Shown piece after piece: positions 19,911 to 30,932 of a stretch of 39,336 nt of DNA. The stretch's first letter is position 1. Each line of letters starts with the position of its first letter. Source of the stretch: Gemmatimonadota bacterium (GTDB taxonomy: Bacteria; Gemmatimonadota; Gemmatimonadetes; Longimicrobiales; Gaopeijiaceae); assembly GCA_039589315.1 (NCBI GenBank), contig JBDHHQ010000037.1, forward strand, positions 1-39,336, written 5' to 3'. A model generated the notes under the pieces. That model ran no database searches. It had not been told where the DNA came from and saw only the letters and a list, made by a program, of their open reading frames with translations. Position numbers and translations under genes: made by a program.

Positions 19911-20840
19911 ATGGCCAACGAACAGACGGAGCAGGCCCTGCGCCGTCGCCTGGATCTCATGAATCCCGTGGAGCTCGCGAAGCTCGGGGGACTGGAGGTC
20001 ATCGCGCGAGGCGTCGTCGAGGGCTTCATCATGGGGCTGCACCGCTCGCCCCACCGGGGCTTCTCGGCCGAATTCGCCGAGCACCGCGCCTACCAGCCGG
20101 GTGACGACCTGCGCTACATCGACTGGCGCATGTACGCTCGCTCCGACCGCTATCACGTCAAGCAGTTCGAGGAGGAGACCAACCTCCGGGCCTACATCCT
20201 CCTGGACATCAGCGCCTCCATGGCGTGGAGCTCGGACCCGGAAAGCGTCCCCACCAAGCTCTGGTACGCCAAACACCTGGCCGCGGCGCTCTCGTTGGTG
20301 CTCGTGCGCCAGGGCGACACCGTCGGGCTCGCTACGTTTCACGACGAGATCACCAACGCGGTGACGCCCGGCGGCGGGCGCAAGCAGTGGCATGAGATCC
20401 TGCGCCTGCTGGCCCCCCTCGAGGGAGCGGGGCGGACCCGAGCCCAATCGGCCCTCAAGGACGCTGCGCTCAGGCTTCGCCGGAAAGGGCTCGTGATCCT
20501 GATCTCGGATCTGCTCGTGGACCAGCAGACCACGCTCACCGCGCTTCAGTACCTCCAGCACCGCGGGCACGAGGTGCTCGTGTTCCACCTGCTGGATCCC
20601 GGTGAGCGGGAGCTTCCGGCCGCCAGCGACGCCCGCTTCTTCGACCCCGAGACGGGGGAGGAGCTCCAGGTCAGCGTCGCCGACATTCGTCTCGACTACC
20701 GGGAAGCGGTGGAGGAAGCCCTCGCCGAGTGGGAGAGGAACCTACGTCCGCAGGGCACCGAGTACGTGGTCCTGGACACGGACCAGCCCATGGCCCTGGC
20801 GCTTCGAGCCTACCTCCGCAAGCGGGAGCGGCTGGGGTGA
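19911..20840 (+). CDS. DUF58 family protein (VWA-like, MoxR-associated)
   Basis: G.HRS..RGFS.EFAEHR.YQPGDD.RYIDW, VKQFEEE and LLDISASM motifs. Confidence 0.92.
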   Translation: MANEQTEQALRRRLDLMNPVELAKLGGLEVIARGVVEGFIMGLHRSPHRGFSAEFAEHRAYQPGDDLRYIDWRMYARSDRYHVKQFEEETNLRAYILLDISASMAWSSDPESVPTKLWYAKHLAAALSLVLVRQGDTVGLATFHDEITNAVTPGGGRKQWHEILRLLAPLEGAGRTRAQSALKDAALRLRRKGLVILISDLLVDQQTTLTALQYLQHRGHEVLVFHLLDPGERELPAASDARFFDPETGEELQVSVADIRLDYREAVEEALAEWERNLRPQGTEYVVLDTDQPMALALRAYLRKRERLG

Positions 20841-20943
20841 GAGGGGCGGCCGTACTTCCTCCGTCTCCTGCCGCCGGCGCCGACCCGCACCGCCCTGCCT
20901 GGGCCGGTGGGGTCGGAAACTCGGCTCGGCCGAGGAGGGCGTC

Positions 20944-22917
20944 ATGGGGTTCCTGAATCCGCTCTTCCTGGTGGCGGGGCTCGCGGTGGCAGTCCCGCTC
21001 ATCCTGCACCTGGTGCACCGGCACGAGACCCGGCGCCTGCCCTTCCCGGCGCTCCGGTACCTCCAGCGGACCGAGCGGCAGCATGCCCGTCAGATCCGCC
21101 TGCGGCAGCTCCTGCTGCTCCTGATCCGGGTCGCGACGATCCTGCTGGTGGTCCTGGCCGCGGCCCGGGCGTTTCTGCGTGGCCGTGGGGCCGTGCACGA
21201 CCCCACCGCCATCGTGATGGTCCTGGACAACTCCATGAGCTCGGGCCTCGTGAAGGGCGGGCGAAGGGTCCTGGACGAGCTCCAGGGGTTGGCCCTCAGC
21301 ACCCTGGACGAGGCGACGCCCGAGGATCGCGTCTGGGTGATCCGGGTGGGCGAGCCGTGGGATCTGGTAACGCCCAGCACGCCGGAGGCCGCCTTGGGCC
21401 ACGTGCTCCGCACCGTCGTGAGCGACGCGGCCGGAGATCTCGACGCAGCAATCGCCCGAGCCCTGGCCATCGCCGCGGACGCCGACCTGGAGGCGCGGGA
21501 GGTCCACGTGCTGTCGGATCTCCAGGCGTCGGCCTTCACCGACCTTGCGAACGGGATTCCCGACACGGACGTGCCGGTCGTCGTGTACCGCCCCAACGCC
21601 GAGCCTCCGGCCAACCGGCACCTGACCGATGTGCTGGTGGGCGGGGGCCTCCCGCCCATCGCCGGACAACGCACGGACGTGGCCGCGTCGGTGGGCGAGG
21701 CGGGCGTGGAAATGGGCGACACGGTGTGGGTCCGCTTGATCGTGGACCGGCGCGTTCGGGCCGCCAGCGCGGGTTCCCCCGGTGCGACGGTCGTGCTCCC
21801 GGGTGGCCCGTATCCACAGGGTCCGCTGGTAGGGTACGTGGAGACGGATCCCGACAGTCTCAGCACAGACGACCGCCGCTACTTCGCGGTGACCGTCCGC
21901 CGTGCCCCCGGTCTGGCTCTCGAGGGTGGGAGCCCGTTCTTCCTGACCCAGGCGATCCACACGCTGGAGCAGGGCGGGCGCGTCCGCCGGGTGGCGGCCA
22001 CGGAGGCCGAGGTCCTGGTCGCCGTGGACGGTGCCGGCCTCGATCGGCGCAGCCGACCCACACCGGCGCTGGTCGTGCCGTCCACCGACCCCGCCCTGCT
22101 CCCAGCCCTGAACCGGCGTCTGGCGGCCTCCGGCGTGCCATGGCGCTACGGCAGCAAGGTGGTGGGAGGCGAGGTACCGCTCCTCGGTGACGGCCTCCCC
22201 ACCGACCTGACGGGCGTGCGGGTCTCCGCTCACCATCCCCTTACGCCGACCGAAGGAGAGTCAGGGTCCTACGACGTCCTCGCCCAATTGCCGGCCGGAG
22301 ACCCGTGGCTGGTGGCGGGCCAGGCGCCAACGGGCCCCTACGTGCTCATCGCGTCACCCCTCGACGTCGAGGCCACGACCCTGCCCGTCTCGGCCACGAT
22401 GGTCCCTCTTCTCGAGTGGATCGTCTCCCGAGCGGCCCTTCCCGGGGCCCGAGCGGCCTCGGTGGAGGCGGGCCAGCCCCTCCGCGCCCCCGCGGAAGCG
22501 ACGGCCGTCCGACTCCCGGACGGAACCCTCCTTCCGATCGACGGTACCCACGTCTTTCGCTCGACCAGGCAGGCCGGCATCTACGACGTGCTGGCGGGGG
22601 ATTCGGTCATCGACCGGATGGCGGTGAACGTCCCCGTGCGAGAGTCTCTTCTCGACCGGCTCGAACCGGAGGGCCTGAGGGACCGGTATGGCTCACGGCT
22701 CACCTTGGCTCGGGACAGCACTGCCTGGACCCGGGCCGTGTTCACCAGCCGTCAGGGCCTGGAGGTCTGGAGGCCCTTCCTGCTGATCGCCCTGTTCCTC
22801 CTCCTGTTCGAAAGCTGGTTCGCCGCCGCAGGGCCGGGACACACCCGGAGCGGTTCGGGCCGCGCCCAAACCGAGGCCGATCGTCCTGACAGGACCCGCG
22901 CAGTGAGTCGTGTCTGA
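20944..22917 (+). CDS. BatA N-terminal domain + VWA membrane protein
   Basis: MGFLNPLFL...PLILHL..R...FPALRYL (BatA), LDNSMS MIDAS-like motif, LSDLQ and a C-terminal TM 'LLLFESW'. Confidence 0.85.
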   Translation: MGFLNPLFLVAGLAVAVPLILHLVHRHETRRLPFPALRYLQRTERQHARQIRLRQLLLLLIRVATILLVVLAAARAFLRGRGAVHDPTAIVMVLDNSMSSGLVKGGRRVLDELQGLALSTLDEATPEDRVWVIRVGEPWDLVTPSTPEAALGHVLRTVVSDAAGDLDAAIARALAIAADADLEAREVHVLSDLQASAFTDLANGIPDTDVPVVVYRPNAEPPANRHLTDVLVGGGLPPIAGQRTDVAASVGEAGVEMGDTVWVRLIVDRRVRAASAGSPGATVVLPGGPYPQGPLVGYVETDPDSLSTDDRRYFAVTVRRAPGLALEGGSPFFLTQAIHTLEQGGRVRRVAATEAEVLVAVDGAGLDRRSRPTPALVVPSTDPALLPALNRRLAASGVPWRYGSKVVGGEVPLLGDGLPTDLTGVRVSAHHPLTPTEGESGSYDVLAQLPAGDPWLVAGQAPTGPYVLIASPLDVEATTLPVSATMVPLLEWIVSRAALPGARAASVEAGQPLRAPAEATAVRLPDGTLLPIDGTHVFRSTRQAGIYDVLAGDSVIDRMAVNVPVRESLLDRLEPEGLRDRYGSRLTLARDSTAWTRAVFTSRQGLEVWRPFLLIALFLLLFESWFAAAGPGHTRSGSGRAQTEADRPDRTRAVSRV

Positions 22918-25900
22918 ATCGTCCAGCACAGTCATCGCCGCCGTCCGGAGCAGTCCACCGCTGCTGAAGCTCCGGAGCGCTCTCCCCGCTCCGGGCCGCC
23001 GCACCGTGGTGGGCGGTCTCCACGGCTCCGCCGTCACGGCTCTGGTCGCCGCGCTTCACGAGGAGGAGCCCGGCCGGGTCCTGGTGGTCGTGTGCCCCGA
23101 TCCCGGCGTGGCAGCCGCCACGGAGGCCGACCTGGAGACGCTCCTCGGCCCCGATACGCCCGTGCTCTACCCACAGCGCGAGGCGCTGCCCTACGAGGTG
23201 GTCGAGTCGAACCTGGAGATCGAGGGTCTCCGGGTCGAGGCGGTGGAGGCCCTCTTCGCCCGCCGCACGCGGCTCCTGGTCACGACGGTCAGGGCGCTCC
23301 AGGAGCGCGCACCCATCCCGGACCGACTGGCGAATCTGAGGCTGACGATCGCGGTTGGCGACCGACCGGGGCGGAGCGGACTCGTGGAGGCGCTGGAGGC
23401 GCGCGGGTTCGATCGGGTCCCCCTGGTCGAGGAGGTGGGCCAGTTCGCCGTGCGGGGCGGCATCGTCGACCTCTTCTCCTTCGGGTCTCCGGACCCAGCC
23501 CGCATCGAGCTCTGGGACGACGAAGTGGCCTCGATCCGGCTGTTCGACATCCTCGATCAGCGCTCGATTCGCGAGGCCGACCAGGTGCACGTGCTCCCCG
23601 TCCACTTCGGCGAGGGGCCAGACGCCGAAGGCCGGACCCGACGCTCGCTCCTGGAGGTCCTCCACGAGGACGCGCTCCTCGTCGAGACACGGGGACAGGA
23701 CTGGCCCGCCTCCATGGCCCGCACGTGGGCGCAGGTGCAGAGCATCTACTCCGAGCGGCGTGACTCCGGTGAGTCCCCCCCCGACCCGGAGACGCTATTC
23801 CTCGAACCGGAGCGTGCCGGCGTCCTGCTGGAGCGGTTCCCCCTGCTGAAACTGACGTCCGACCCGGGGGGCGACGTGGACTTCGCCACCGAGCCCGCGC
23901 CGCCCGTCGAGCGGGACATGGACCGGCTCCAGCGCTACCTGCGGGAGGGTGCGGGCATGGGTCACCGCACGCTCCTGCTGTGTGACAACGACGGACAGGC
24001 CGAGCGACTGGAGGAGATCCTCGGCGGTGAAGGCCGCCTGCCTCCCGGCGTACAGGTGGCCGTGGGGTCGGTGGAGCGGGGCTTCTTCGTCCCGTCTGCC
24101 AGTCCCCCGCTGCGGATCTTCACCGACCACGAGATCTTCCGGCGCGCACGCCGTCTTCGGCGACGACGACGCTTCCGGGGCGCGGTGTCGCTGGAAAGCC
24201 TCGCACAGCTTTCCCCCGGGGACTACGTGGTTCATCTGGACCACGGGATCGGCCGGTTCAGAGGCCTCGAGCGGGTGACCGTCGCCGGCGAGGAGATGGA
24301 GTCGCTCGTCGTGGAGTACGCCGGGGGCGAGCTCCTCCGGGTGCCCGTGTACCGGCTGGACCAGCTCGAGCGGTGGGTCAGCCAGACGGAGGACGCCGAA
24401 CCCCCGTCGCTCCACCGAATCGGGGGGAAGCGCTGGAAGACCCTGCGGAAGAAGACCGAACGGGCCATCGAAGAGATGACCGTCGAGCTCGTGGACCTCT
24501 ACGCCCGCCGGGAGACCGCCAAGGGCTTCGCCTTCGCGCCTGACAGCCGTTGGCAACGGGAGATGGAATCGGCATTCCTGTATGAGGACACGCCCGACCA
24601 GAAGTCGGCCACCACGGACGTCAAGCGAGACATGGAGGCTCCGCGACCCATGGATCGCCTGATCTGTGGCGACGTGGGGTACGGCAAGACCGAGGTGGCG
24701 GTACGCGCTGCCTTCAAGGCGGTCCAGGACGGGAAGCAGGTCGCGGTCCTGGCGCCCACCACGATCCTGGTGGAGCAGCACCGCCATACCTTCGAGGAGC
24801 GCCTGGCCGACTTTCCGGTGAAGGTGGGGGCCCTCAGCCGGTTCCGGACCCCCAAGGAGCAGAAGGCGTTGCTGGCGGGCCTCACCTTGGGCCAGGTGGA
24901 CGTCGTCCTCGGCACCCATCGCCTGCTGTCGGAGGACGTGACCTTCAAGGACCTGGGCCTCCTGGTCATCGACGAAGAGCAGCGCTTCGGTGTGAAGCAC
25001 AAGGAGCGACTGAAGCAGCTGCGTGCGTCGGTCGACGTGCTGACCCTCACCGCCACACCCATTCCCCGGACCCTCTATCTGGGCCTTTCAGGCCTGCGCG
25101 ACCTCACCCTGATCCGTACCCCACCCAGGGACCGCATGCCCATCATCACCCACGTCCTCCCCTGGAGCGATCTGGTGCTCAGCGACGCCCTCCAGCGCGA
25201 GCTGGACCGGGGCGGCCAGGCCTTCTTCCTCCACAACCGGGTGGCCACGATCGACGCGGCTGCGGAGAAGCTGCGCACGCTCGTGCCGGAGGCGCGGATC
25301 GAGGTGGCACACGGCCAGATGCCCGGCAGAGCCCTGGACCTGGCCATGACCGCGTTCGTCGATGGGCAGACCGACGTCCTCGTGTGCTCCTCCATCGTGG
25401 AGAACGGGCTGGACGTGCCCAACGCGAATACCCTGGTTGTGGACCGGGCGGACCGCTTCGGCCTCGCTCAGCTGTACCAGATCCGTGGCCGGGTCGGTCG
25501 CTCCGACCGGAGGGCGTACTGCTACCTGATGGTCCCCGAGCGCCTGGCCGAGGAGGCGGAGCGCCGCCTCAAGGTGCTCGAGCACTACACCGACCTGGGG
25601 AGCGGCTATCAGGTGGCGCTGCGGGACCTGGAGCTCCGAGGAGCCGGCAACCTGCTGGGCGCAGACCAATCGGGATTCGCCCACGCCGTCGGTCTCGAGA
25701 CCTACCTGCGGTTGGTGGAGCAGACGGTGCGCCGTATCCGAGAGGGCGAACGGGAGGGGGGTGACGGCGACCCGGAGGTCAGCATGGCCGGCGCGGCACT
25801 CCTGCCCGAGGGGTACATTTCGGATTCGGGCCAGAAACTGCATCTTTATCGGCGACTCTCGAAGATCCGCGCCGAAGCGGAGATCGAGGGTCTCAGGCAG

Positions 25901-26221
25901 GAGCTCACCGATCGCTTCGGGCCACCGCCGCTCGAGGTCGAGCGCCTCCTGGACGGAGCCGTACTTCGCCTCCTGGGTAGACAGCTCGGAGTGGATCGGG
26001 TCCTCGTAGGATCCTCCGAAGCCCGAGTGAACTTCCGCCCGGGCGTGATACCGAGGCTGGCCGCGCTGGATCGGCCCCTGCGTGATCGGCAGGTCGAGGT
26101 GGAGGTCCGGAGAATGTCGCCGCTCTCCCTGACACTCCGGCAGCACGGATCACTGTCCGTGACGGAAACGCTCGCGCGAGCGTTTCGCGTGCTGCTGAAG
26201 GAGCGGGCGAAGGCTGCATGA
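22910..26221 (+). CDS. mfd: Transcription-repair coupling factor
   Basis: [56 protein letters not shown] and [13 protein letters not shown] motifs. Confidence 0.97.
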   Translation: MSESSSTVIAAVRSSPPLLKLRSALPAPGRRTVVGGLHGSAVTALVAALHEEEPGRVLVVVCPDPGVAAATEADLETLLGPDTPVLYPQREALPYEVVESNLEIEGLRVEAVEALFARRTRLLVTTVRALQERAPIPDRLANLRLTIAVGDRPGRSGLVEALEARGFDRVPLVEEVGQFAVRGGIVDLFSFGSPDPARIELWDDEVASIRLFDILDQRSIREADQVHVLPVHFGEGPDAEGRTRRSLLEVLHEDALLVETRGQDWPASMARTWAQVQSIYSERRDSGESPPDPETLFLEPERAGVLLERFPLLKLTSDPGGDVDFATEPAPPVERDMDRLQRYLREGAGMGHRTLLLCDNDGQAERLEEILGGEGRLPPGVQVAVGSVERGFFVPSASPPLRIFTDHEIFRRARRLRRRRRFRGAVSLESLAQLSPGDYVVHLDHGIGRFRGLERVTVAGEEMESLVVEYAGGELLRVPVYRLDQLERWVSQTEDAEPPSLHRIGGKRWKTLRKKTERAIEEMTVELVDLYARRETAKGFAFAPDSRWQREMESAFLYEDTPDQKSATTDVKRDMEAPRPMDRLICGDVGYGKTEVAVRAAFKAVQDGKQVAVLAPTTILVEQHRHTFEERLADFPVKVGALSRFRTPKEQKALLAGLTLGQVDVVLGTHRLLSEDVTFKDLGLLVIDEEQRFGVKHKERLKQLRASVDVLTLTATPIPRTLYLGLSGLRDLTLIRTPPRDRMPIITHVLPWSDLVLSDALQRELDRGGQAFFLHNRVATIDAAAEKLRTLVPEARIEVAHGQMPGRALDLAMTAFVDGQTDVLVCSSIVENGLDVPNANTLVVDRADRFGLAQLYQIRGRVGRSDRRAYCYLMVPERLAEEAERRLKVLEHYTDLGSGYQVALRDLELRGAGNLLGADQSGFAHAVGLETYLRLVEQTVRRIREGEREGGDGDPEVSMAGAALLPEGYISDSGQKLHLYRRLSKIRAEAEIEGLRQELTDRFGPPPLEVERLLDGAVLRLLGRQLGVDRVLVGSSEARVNFRPGVIPRLAALDRPLRDRQVEVEVRRMSPLSLTLRQHGSLSVTETLARAFRVLLKERAKAA

Positions 26222-26306
26222 TGACAACGATGACGCCTGAACGGCAATGGGAAGGACGGGACGGGTGGGGACCGGCCGGGCGAGCGCAACCAAGGAGCAG
26301 GAGTAG

Positions 26307-27743
26307 ATGATCCGCCACAAGAGACCCGCAGTCGCCGTGGTCCTCCTCACCGTCCTCGGCGGCTGCGACAACGGCCCGGAAGCCGACGTCCTGGCCGTCG
26401 CCGAAGACCATCAGCTGACCATCGAGCACGCCGCTCGACTGCTGGCCAACCAGAGCCAGCTCCCCAACCGTCCGGAGATCGTCGAAGCACTGGCGGACCT
26501 GTGGATCGACTACACGCTGATCGCCACGGCGTCCCTGGGAGATTCCCTGCTCGAATCCGTGGACATTTCGCCCCTGGTGCGGACCGAGATCGAACAGGAG
26601 ATGGTGTACCGCCTGAGGGATCAGGTCATCCAGGTCGACACCCTCGTCTCCGAAGAGGAGCTGATGTCGCTCTGGGAGCAGTCCGGTCCCGGCGGGGAGG
26701 TGAGCGCGCGCCACATCCTGCTCAGCCTGGGCACGGGCGCGTCCGACGCGGAGCGAGACAGCGTGCGTGCCCTGGCGGAGGAGCTCAAGCGACGGGCGGA
26801 GGGGGGCGAAGACTTCTCCGACCTGGCCCGGGAATACAGCCAGGACAGAGGCTCCGCCGAGGTCGGTGGCGACCTGGGCACCTTCGGGCGAGGCGACATG
26901 GTAGGTCCGTTCGAAGCCGCGGCCTTCACGCTCGAGCCGGGGGAGATCTCCGACCCCGTCGAGACCATCTACGGGTACCACCTGATCCTCGTCGACGAGA
27001 AGCACCTCGAATCCCTCGACGACAACCGAGTGGAGTTCCTGGCCCAGGTGAGGGCGGCACGGGTCGCTGCCGCGGAGTCGGTCTACGTCGCCAGCGTGGA
27101 GGAGCCGGCCAACGTGGTGATCCGGAGCGAGACCTTCCCCGCCCTCAAGGAGCTCGCCCGTCGCCCGGGCCAACGCCTGGCGCGCCGGGCCGCAGCGCGC
27201 CCGGTGGCCAACTTCGACGGCGGGGAGTTCACCGTGGGCGAGTTCCAGGAGTTCATCCAGGCACGGCCGCCGGCCTTCCGCTCGCAGTTCCCGACCGCCG
27301 ACAGCGCCGCACTGGACGGGATGGTCCGCGGCCTGGCCCGCGCCGAGCTGCTCGTGAACGAAGCCGAACGGCAGGGCTTCGTCCTCGGTCAGGAAGAGAC
27401 CGACTCCATCATGGAGCGTGCCCGGAGCCGCTTCGGGCTGGCGGTGGCACAGCTGGGCCTCCGCGACATCACCCCCGCCCAGGGGCAGACACAGCAACAG
27501 GCCATCTCCCAGCGAGTGAACCAGAACCTCGGCGAGATCCTCCAGGGGCAGCGGGACGTGATCCCCCTCGGGGTCATCTCGTACGCCCTGCGGACGGAGT
27601 ACCGGGGTGAGTGGTTCCCCGCGGCGGTCCCGCGGGTCGTGGAGCGGATCAAGGGCTTCGGGGACAATCCGCCCGCCGTGGAGACCGGGACCTCGGCGCC
27701 GGCGCCGAACGCCCCGCCCCCGGACTCGGGTGGGGCACCGTAG
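26307..27743 (+). CDS. Parvulin-type peptidyl-prolyl isomerase, predicted lipoprotein
   Basis: Lipobox LGGC; ARHILL, F..LAREYSQD..S...GGDLG.F.RG.MV.PFE.AAF and YGYHLI motifs. Confidence 0.88.
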   Translation: MIRHKRPAVAVVLLTVLGGCDNGPEADVLAVAEDHQLTIEHAARLLANQSQLPNRPEIVEALADLWIDYTLIATASLGDSLLESVDISPLVRTEIEQEMVYRLRDQVIQVDTLVSEEELMSLWEQSGPGGEVSARHILLSLGTGASDAERDSVRALAEELKRRAEGGEDFSDLAREYSQDRGSAEVGGDLGTFGRGDMVGPFEAAAFTLEPGEISDPVETIYGYHLILVDEKHLESLDDNRVEFLAQVRAARVAAAESVYVASVEEPANVVIRSETFPALKELARRPGQRLARRAAARPVANFDGGEFTVGEFQEFIQARPPAFRSQFPTADSAALDGMVRGLARAELLVNEAERQGFVLGQEETDSIMERARSRFGLAVAQLGLRDITPAQGQTQQQAISQRVNQNLGEILQGQRDVIPLGVISYALRTEYRGEWFPAAVPRVVERIKGFGDNPPAVETGTSAPAPNAPPPDSGGAP

Positions 27744-27806
27744 GGTCGCGGCCCCCAGCGACCCTTGCGGGCCTCGCCAAGGCTCCGCCTGGTGGGTCCA
27801 AGGCAG

Positions 27807-27832
27807 GGAACCCACCGTCGAGCCACCGGTTA
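27807..27832 (+). promoter_or_regulatory. Putative ECF sigma promoter upstream of surA
   Basis: GGAAC-N17-GTTA, downstream of an 8-bp hairpin (27742-27765) that follows the first PPIase gene. Confidence 0.4.
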
Positions 27833-27912
27833 CACAGGGCGTAGCGCGGGCCCTCGCCAGAGGCGACATCGAGGGTTCCACAAGGGTTCCCACCTGGCAT
27901 CCAGGATCTGAA

Positions 27913-29244
27913 GTGAACGGTCGACCGATTCTCAACGCCTCTACGTGGCTGATCGCGGCGGCGCTCCTGACAGCGCCGCCCCCTGCGGCCGGGCAGCTCC
28001 CCGGCATGCCGGGGGCCGACCCAGAGTTCGTCGATCGAGTCGTGGCGGTCGTCGGGGATTCGGCGGTCGTCATGTCCCAGGTCACGGAGCGCATGTTTCA
28101 GCTAGGCCAGGAGCTACCCACCGATTCGGCCTCCCTCGACGAGCTCCAGCGACAGGTCCTCGAGGCGCTGGTCAACGAGCAGCTGCTCCTCCAGGCCGCC
28201 CTCAAGGACACCCTGATCACGGTGGACGACGACCGGATCAACGCCATCGTCGACGACGAGCTGGAGCAGAGAACGCGGACGATGGGTGGCCAGGCAGCGA
28301 TGCAACGTGCATTGAGCCAACAGGGCTGGACGCTGACGGAGTACCGCGAGTACCTGCAGACGGAGGCGCGGAAGCAGAACCTCCAACAGCAGTATCTGGC
28401 GCGCCAGGCCGCGGGCCGGCGTGCCGTGATCGTCGAGGAATCCGAGATGCGGGAGTTCTTCGAGAGCCAGCGCGACGCCCTTCCGGAGCGGCCCGCCACG
28501 ATCACGTTCGCCAACATCGTCCTGAACGCGGAGGCGGCCGACTCGGCCAAGGCGGCGGCCATGGCCGAGGCCGAGGAGATCCTGGAGCAGATTCTGGCCG
28601 GTGAGGAGTTCGAGGAGCTGGCCCGCCGTCACTCCGACGATCCCGGATCGCAACAGTTGGGCGGTGATCTGGGCTGGTTCCGGCGTGGGAGCGGCTTCGT
28701 AAAGGAGTTCGAGGATGCGGCGTTCCAGCTCCGCCCGGGCCAGGTGAGCGTTCCCATCGAGACCGAGTTCGGTTATCACGTCATCAAGGTGGAGCGGGTC
28801 CGGGGCCCCGAGCGTAAGGCGCGTCACATCCTGGTTCAGCCCGAGGTTACGCAGGAGGATCTCGAGCGGACCCGTACCACGGCCACCGAGATCCGAACCC
28901 GGCTGGAGCAGGGCGAAGCGTTCGGGGCGCTCCAGGACCAGTACGGCGCCGGACCGATTCCCGACACGACCACCGTGGCGACCGACCAGCTCAACCAGTT
29001 GCCACCCGGATACAGCGCGGCACTCGTTGGCGCCTCCACCGACGCCATCGTGGGTCCCATCGAGTTCGGCCAGGGTGGTCGGACCAGCTTCGGGCTCGCA
29101 CAGGTGATCGAGGTGCGGGAGGCCGGCATCGCCAGCTTCGACGACGTCCGAAGCGAGATCCACGACGTGCTGTCGCAGCAGAAGATGCAGGAGCGAATCC
29201 TAGAGGAGCTGCGCTCCGCCGCCCACGTGGAGATCCGGATCTAG
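27913..29244 (+). CDS. surA: SurA-like chaperone/PPIase
   Basis: Signal peptide; 'VDRVVAVVGD' SurA N-terminal motif; parvulin domain (ARRHSDDP..GGDLGWF, FGYHVIK, ARHILV); directly upstream of pdxA. Start is approximate. Confidence 0.82.
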   Translation: MNGRPILNASTWLIAAALLTAPPPAAGQLPGMPGADPEFVDRVVAVVGDSAVVMSQVTERMFQLGQELPTDSASLDELQRQVLEALVNEQLLLQAALKDTLITVDDDRINAIVDDELEQRTRTMGGQAAMQRALSQQGWTLTEYREYLQTEARKQNLQQQYLARQAAGRRAVIVEESEMREFFESQRDALPERPATITFANIVLNAEAADSAKAAAMAEAEEILEQILAGEEFEELARRHSDDPGSQQLGGDLGWFRRGSGFVKEFEDAAFQLRPGQVSVPIETEFGYHVIKVERVRGPERKARHILVQPEVTQEDLERTRTTATEIRTRLEQGEAFGALQDQYGAGPIPDTTTVATDQLNQLPPGYSAALVGASTDAIVGPIEFGQGGRTSFGLAQVIEVREAGIASFDDVRSEIHDVLSQQKMQERILEELRSAAHVEIRI

Positions 29245-29286
29245 CGTGGGGGTGGCGCGCTGGCCTCACCGCGGTCACTGACGAGC

Positions 29287-30252
29287 TTGAGCAAGCCCAT
29301 CGCGCTGACGTTGGGAGACCCTCGGGGCATCGGACCCGAGCTGGCCCCCGTGGCTGCCCGGTCGTTCCTCGACGCCCACCCCGGCGCCTCCATTCTCGTC
29401 ATCGGGCACGAGGGGGTTTCCTTGGCCGGCCTCCCCTTCCACGCGGTGGACCGATTCGACGGCACCGAGGCATCGGCGGGGAGGGTCTCGGCCCGGGCTC
29501 TTGAAGCAGCCACGCGCATGGCCGAGGCGGGCGACGCGGCCGCGGTGGTGACCGGACCCGTGAGCAAGCCCGCCCTCCGGTCGGCCGGCTGGGACGTTCC
29601 TGGCCAGACGGAGATGCTCCAGCGCCTTACCGGGGCTCCCGTGGTCGGGATGCTCATGGCAGCGGAGCGTACGCGCCTCGGCGGTGCCCTGCGCGTGCTC
29701 CTCGCCACCACGCATCTGCCGCTCCGGGCGGTTCCCGAACGGGTCACCGTCGAGCTGCTGGAGACCCAGACCCGGCTGCTGATCGGAGCGCTCAGACACG
29801 GCTGGGGCATCGCCGATCCGCGCGTCGCCGTGTGTGCCCTCAATCCCCACGCCTCGGACGGTGGTCTCTTCGGCGACGAGGAGGCCCGGATCCTGGGCCC
29901 GGCCGTCGCGCGGCTCCGGGGCGACGGGCTTCTTGTCCAGGGGCCATTCCCTGCGGACACGGTGTTCCGGCGGGCAGTCGAGGGGGAGTTCGACGCCGTG
30001 GTGGCCCCCTACCACGACGTGGGGATGGCCGCCTTCAAAACGGTGTCGTTTGGAAGCGGGGTCAACGTGAGCCTGGGCCTACCGTTCGTTCGCACGTCTC
30101 CGGACCATGGCACGGCCTTCGACATCGCGGGGCGCGGTGTGGCCGACCCTTCGTCGACGTTGGCAGCGCTGAGCCTGGCTCATCGGCTGGCGCACGCCAC
30201 CGGGCCAGAGCTAGGTTCTTTCGGCGCTCCCTGGCACACTCTCCGGCCGTGA
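29287..30252 (+). CDS. pdxA: 4-hydroxythreonine-4-phosphate dehydrogenase
   Basis: LGDPRGIGPE, T.HLPL, LNPHA, GPFPADT.F, YHD and RTSPDHGTAFDIAG motifs. Confidence 0.95.
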   Translation: MSKPIALTLGDPRGIGPELAPVAARSFLDAHPGASILVIGHEGVSLAGLPFHAVDRFDGTEASAGRVSARALEAATRMAEAGDAAAVVTGPVSKPALRSAGWDVPGQTEMLQRLTGAPVVGMLMAAERTRLGGALRVLLATTHLPLRAVPERVTVELLETQTRLLIGALRHGWGIADPRVAVCALNPHASDGGLFGDEEARILGPAVARLRGDGLLVQGPFPADTVFRRAVEGEFDAVVAPYHDVGMAAFKTVSFGSGVNVSLGLPFVRTSPDHGTAFDIAGRGVADPSSTLAALSLAHRLAHATGPELGSFGAPWHTLRP

Positions 30253-30932
30253 TCAAGCTCACCAACGTCACCAAGGAGTACAAGGCGGGAACACCGGCAG
30301 TCGCCGGCCTCTCCTTCCACATCCGGAAGGGGGAGTTCGCCTTTCTCACCGGTCATTCCGGGTCCGGCAAGTCCACCACGATGCGCCTGATCCACCTGGG
30401 GGAGCGACCCACCAGCGGCGAGGTGCGCATAAGCGGGTACTCATCGGAGCGCACTCCGGCGCGTGACGTCTGGAAGGTCAGGAGGCGGGTAGGTCACGTC
30501 TTCCAGGATTTCCGCCTCCTCCCGGGCCGGACAGCCCGGGAGAACGTGGCGTTCGCCCTCGAGGTCACGGGAGCGCCTCGCAGTGAGATCGTCCCCCGTA
30601 CCCAGCGCCTGCTCAGCCAGGTGGGGCTGGCATCCAAGGGCGGCTCCGCCGTGGACGCGCTCTCCGGGGGAGAGCGTCAGCGGGTCGCCATCGCCCGCGC
30701 CCTGGCCAACGACCCGGTGGTTCTGCTGGCCGACGAGCCCACGGGCAATCTGGACGAGCGGGCAACGCGCGGCGTGCTCGATCTCTTCTGGGACATCAAC
30801 GCCCGGGGCACCGCCGTTCTCGTCGCGACCCATGATCTGGAGCTCGTCCGGAGCTACCCCCATGTTCGACTGCTCGAGCTGGATCAGGGGCGCCTCGTCT
30901 ACGACTCGGCAGCGGACACGAACGGCCGATGA
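30249..30932 (+). CDS. ftsE: Cell division ABC ATPase FtsE
   Basis: GTG overlaps the pdxA stop; GHSGSGKS, VFQDFRLL, LSGGE.QRVAIARA and LADEPTGNLD; followed by ftsX. Confidence 0.93.
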   Translation: MIKLTNVTKEYKAGTPAVAGLSFHIRKGEFAFLTGHSGSGKSTTMRLIHLGERPTSGEVRISGYSSERTPARDVWKVRRRVGHVFQDFRLLPGRTARENVAFALEVTGAPRSEIVPRTQRLLSQVGLASKGGSAVDALSGGERQRVAIARALANDPVVLLADEPTGNLDERATRGVLDLFWDINARGTAVLVATHDLELVRSYPHVRLLELDQGRLVYDSAADTNGR

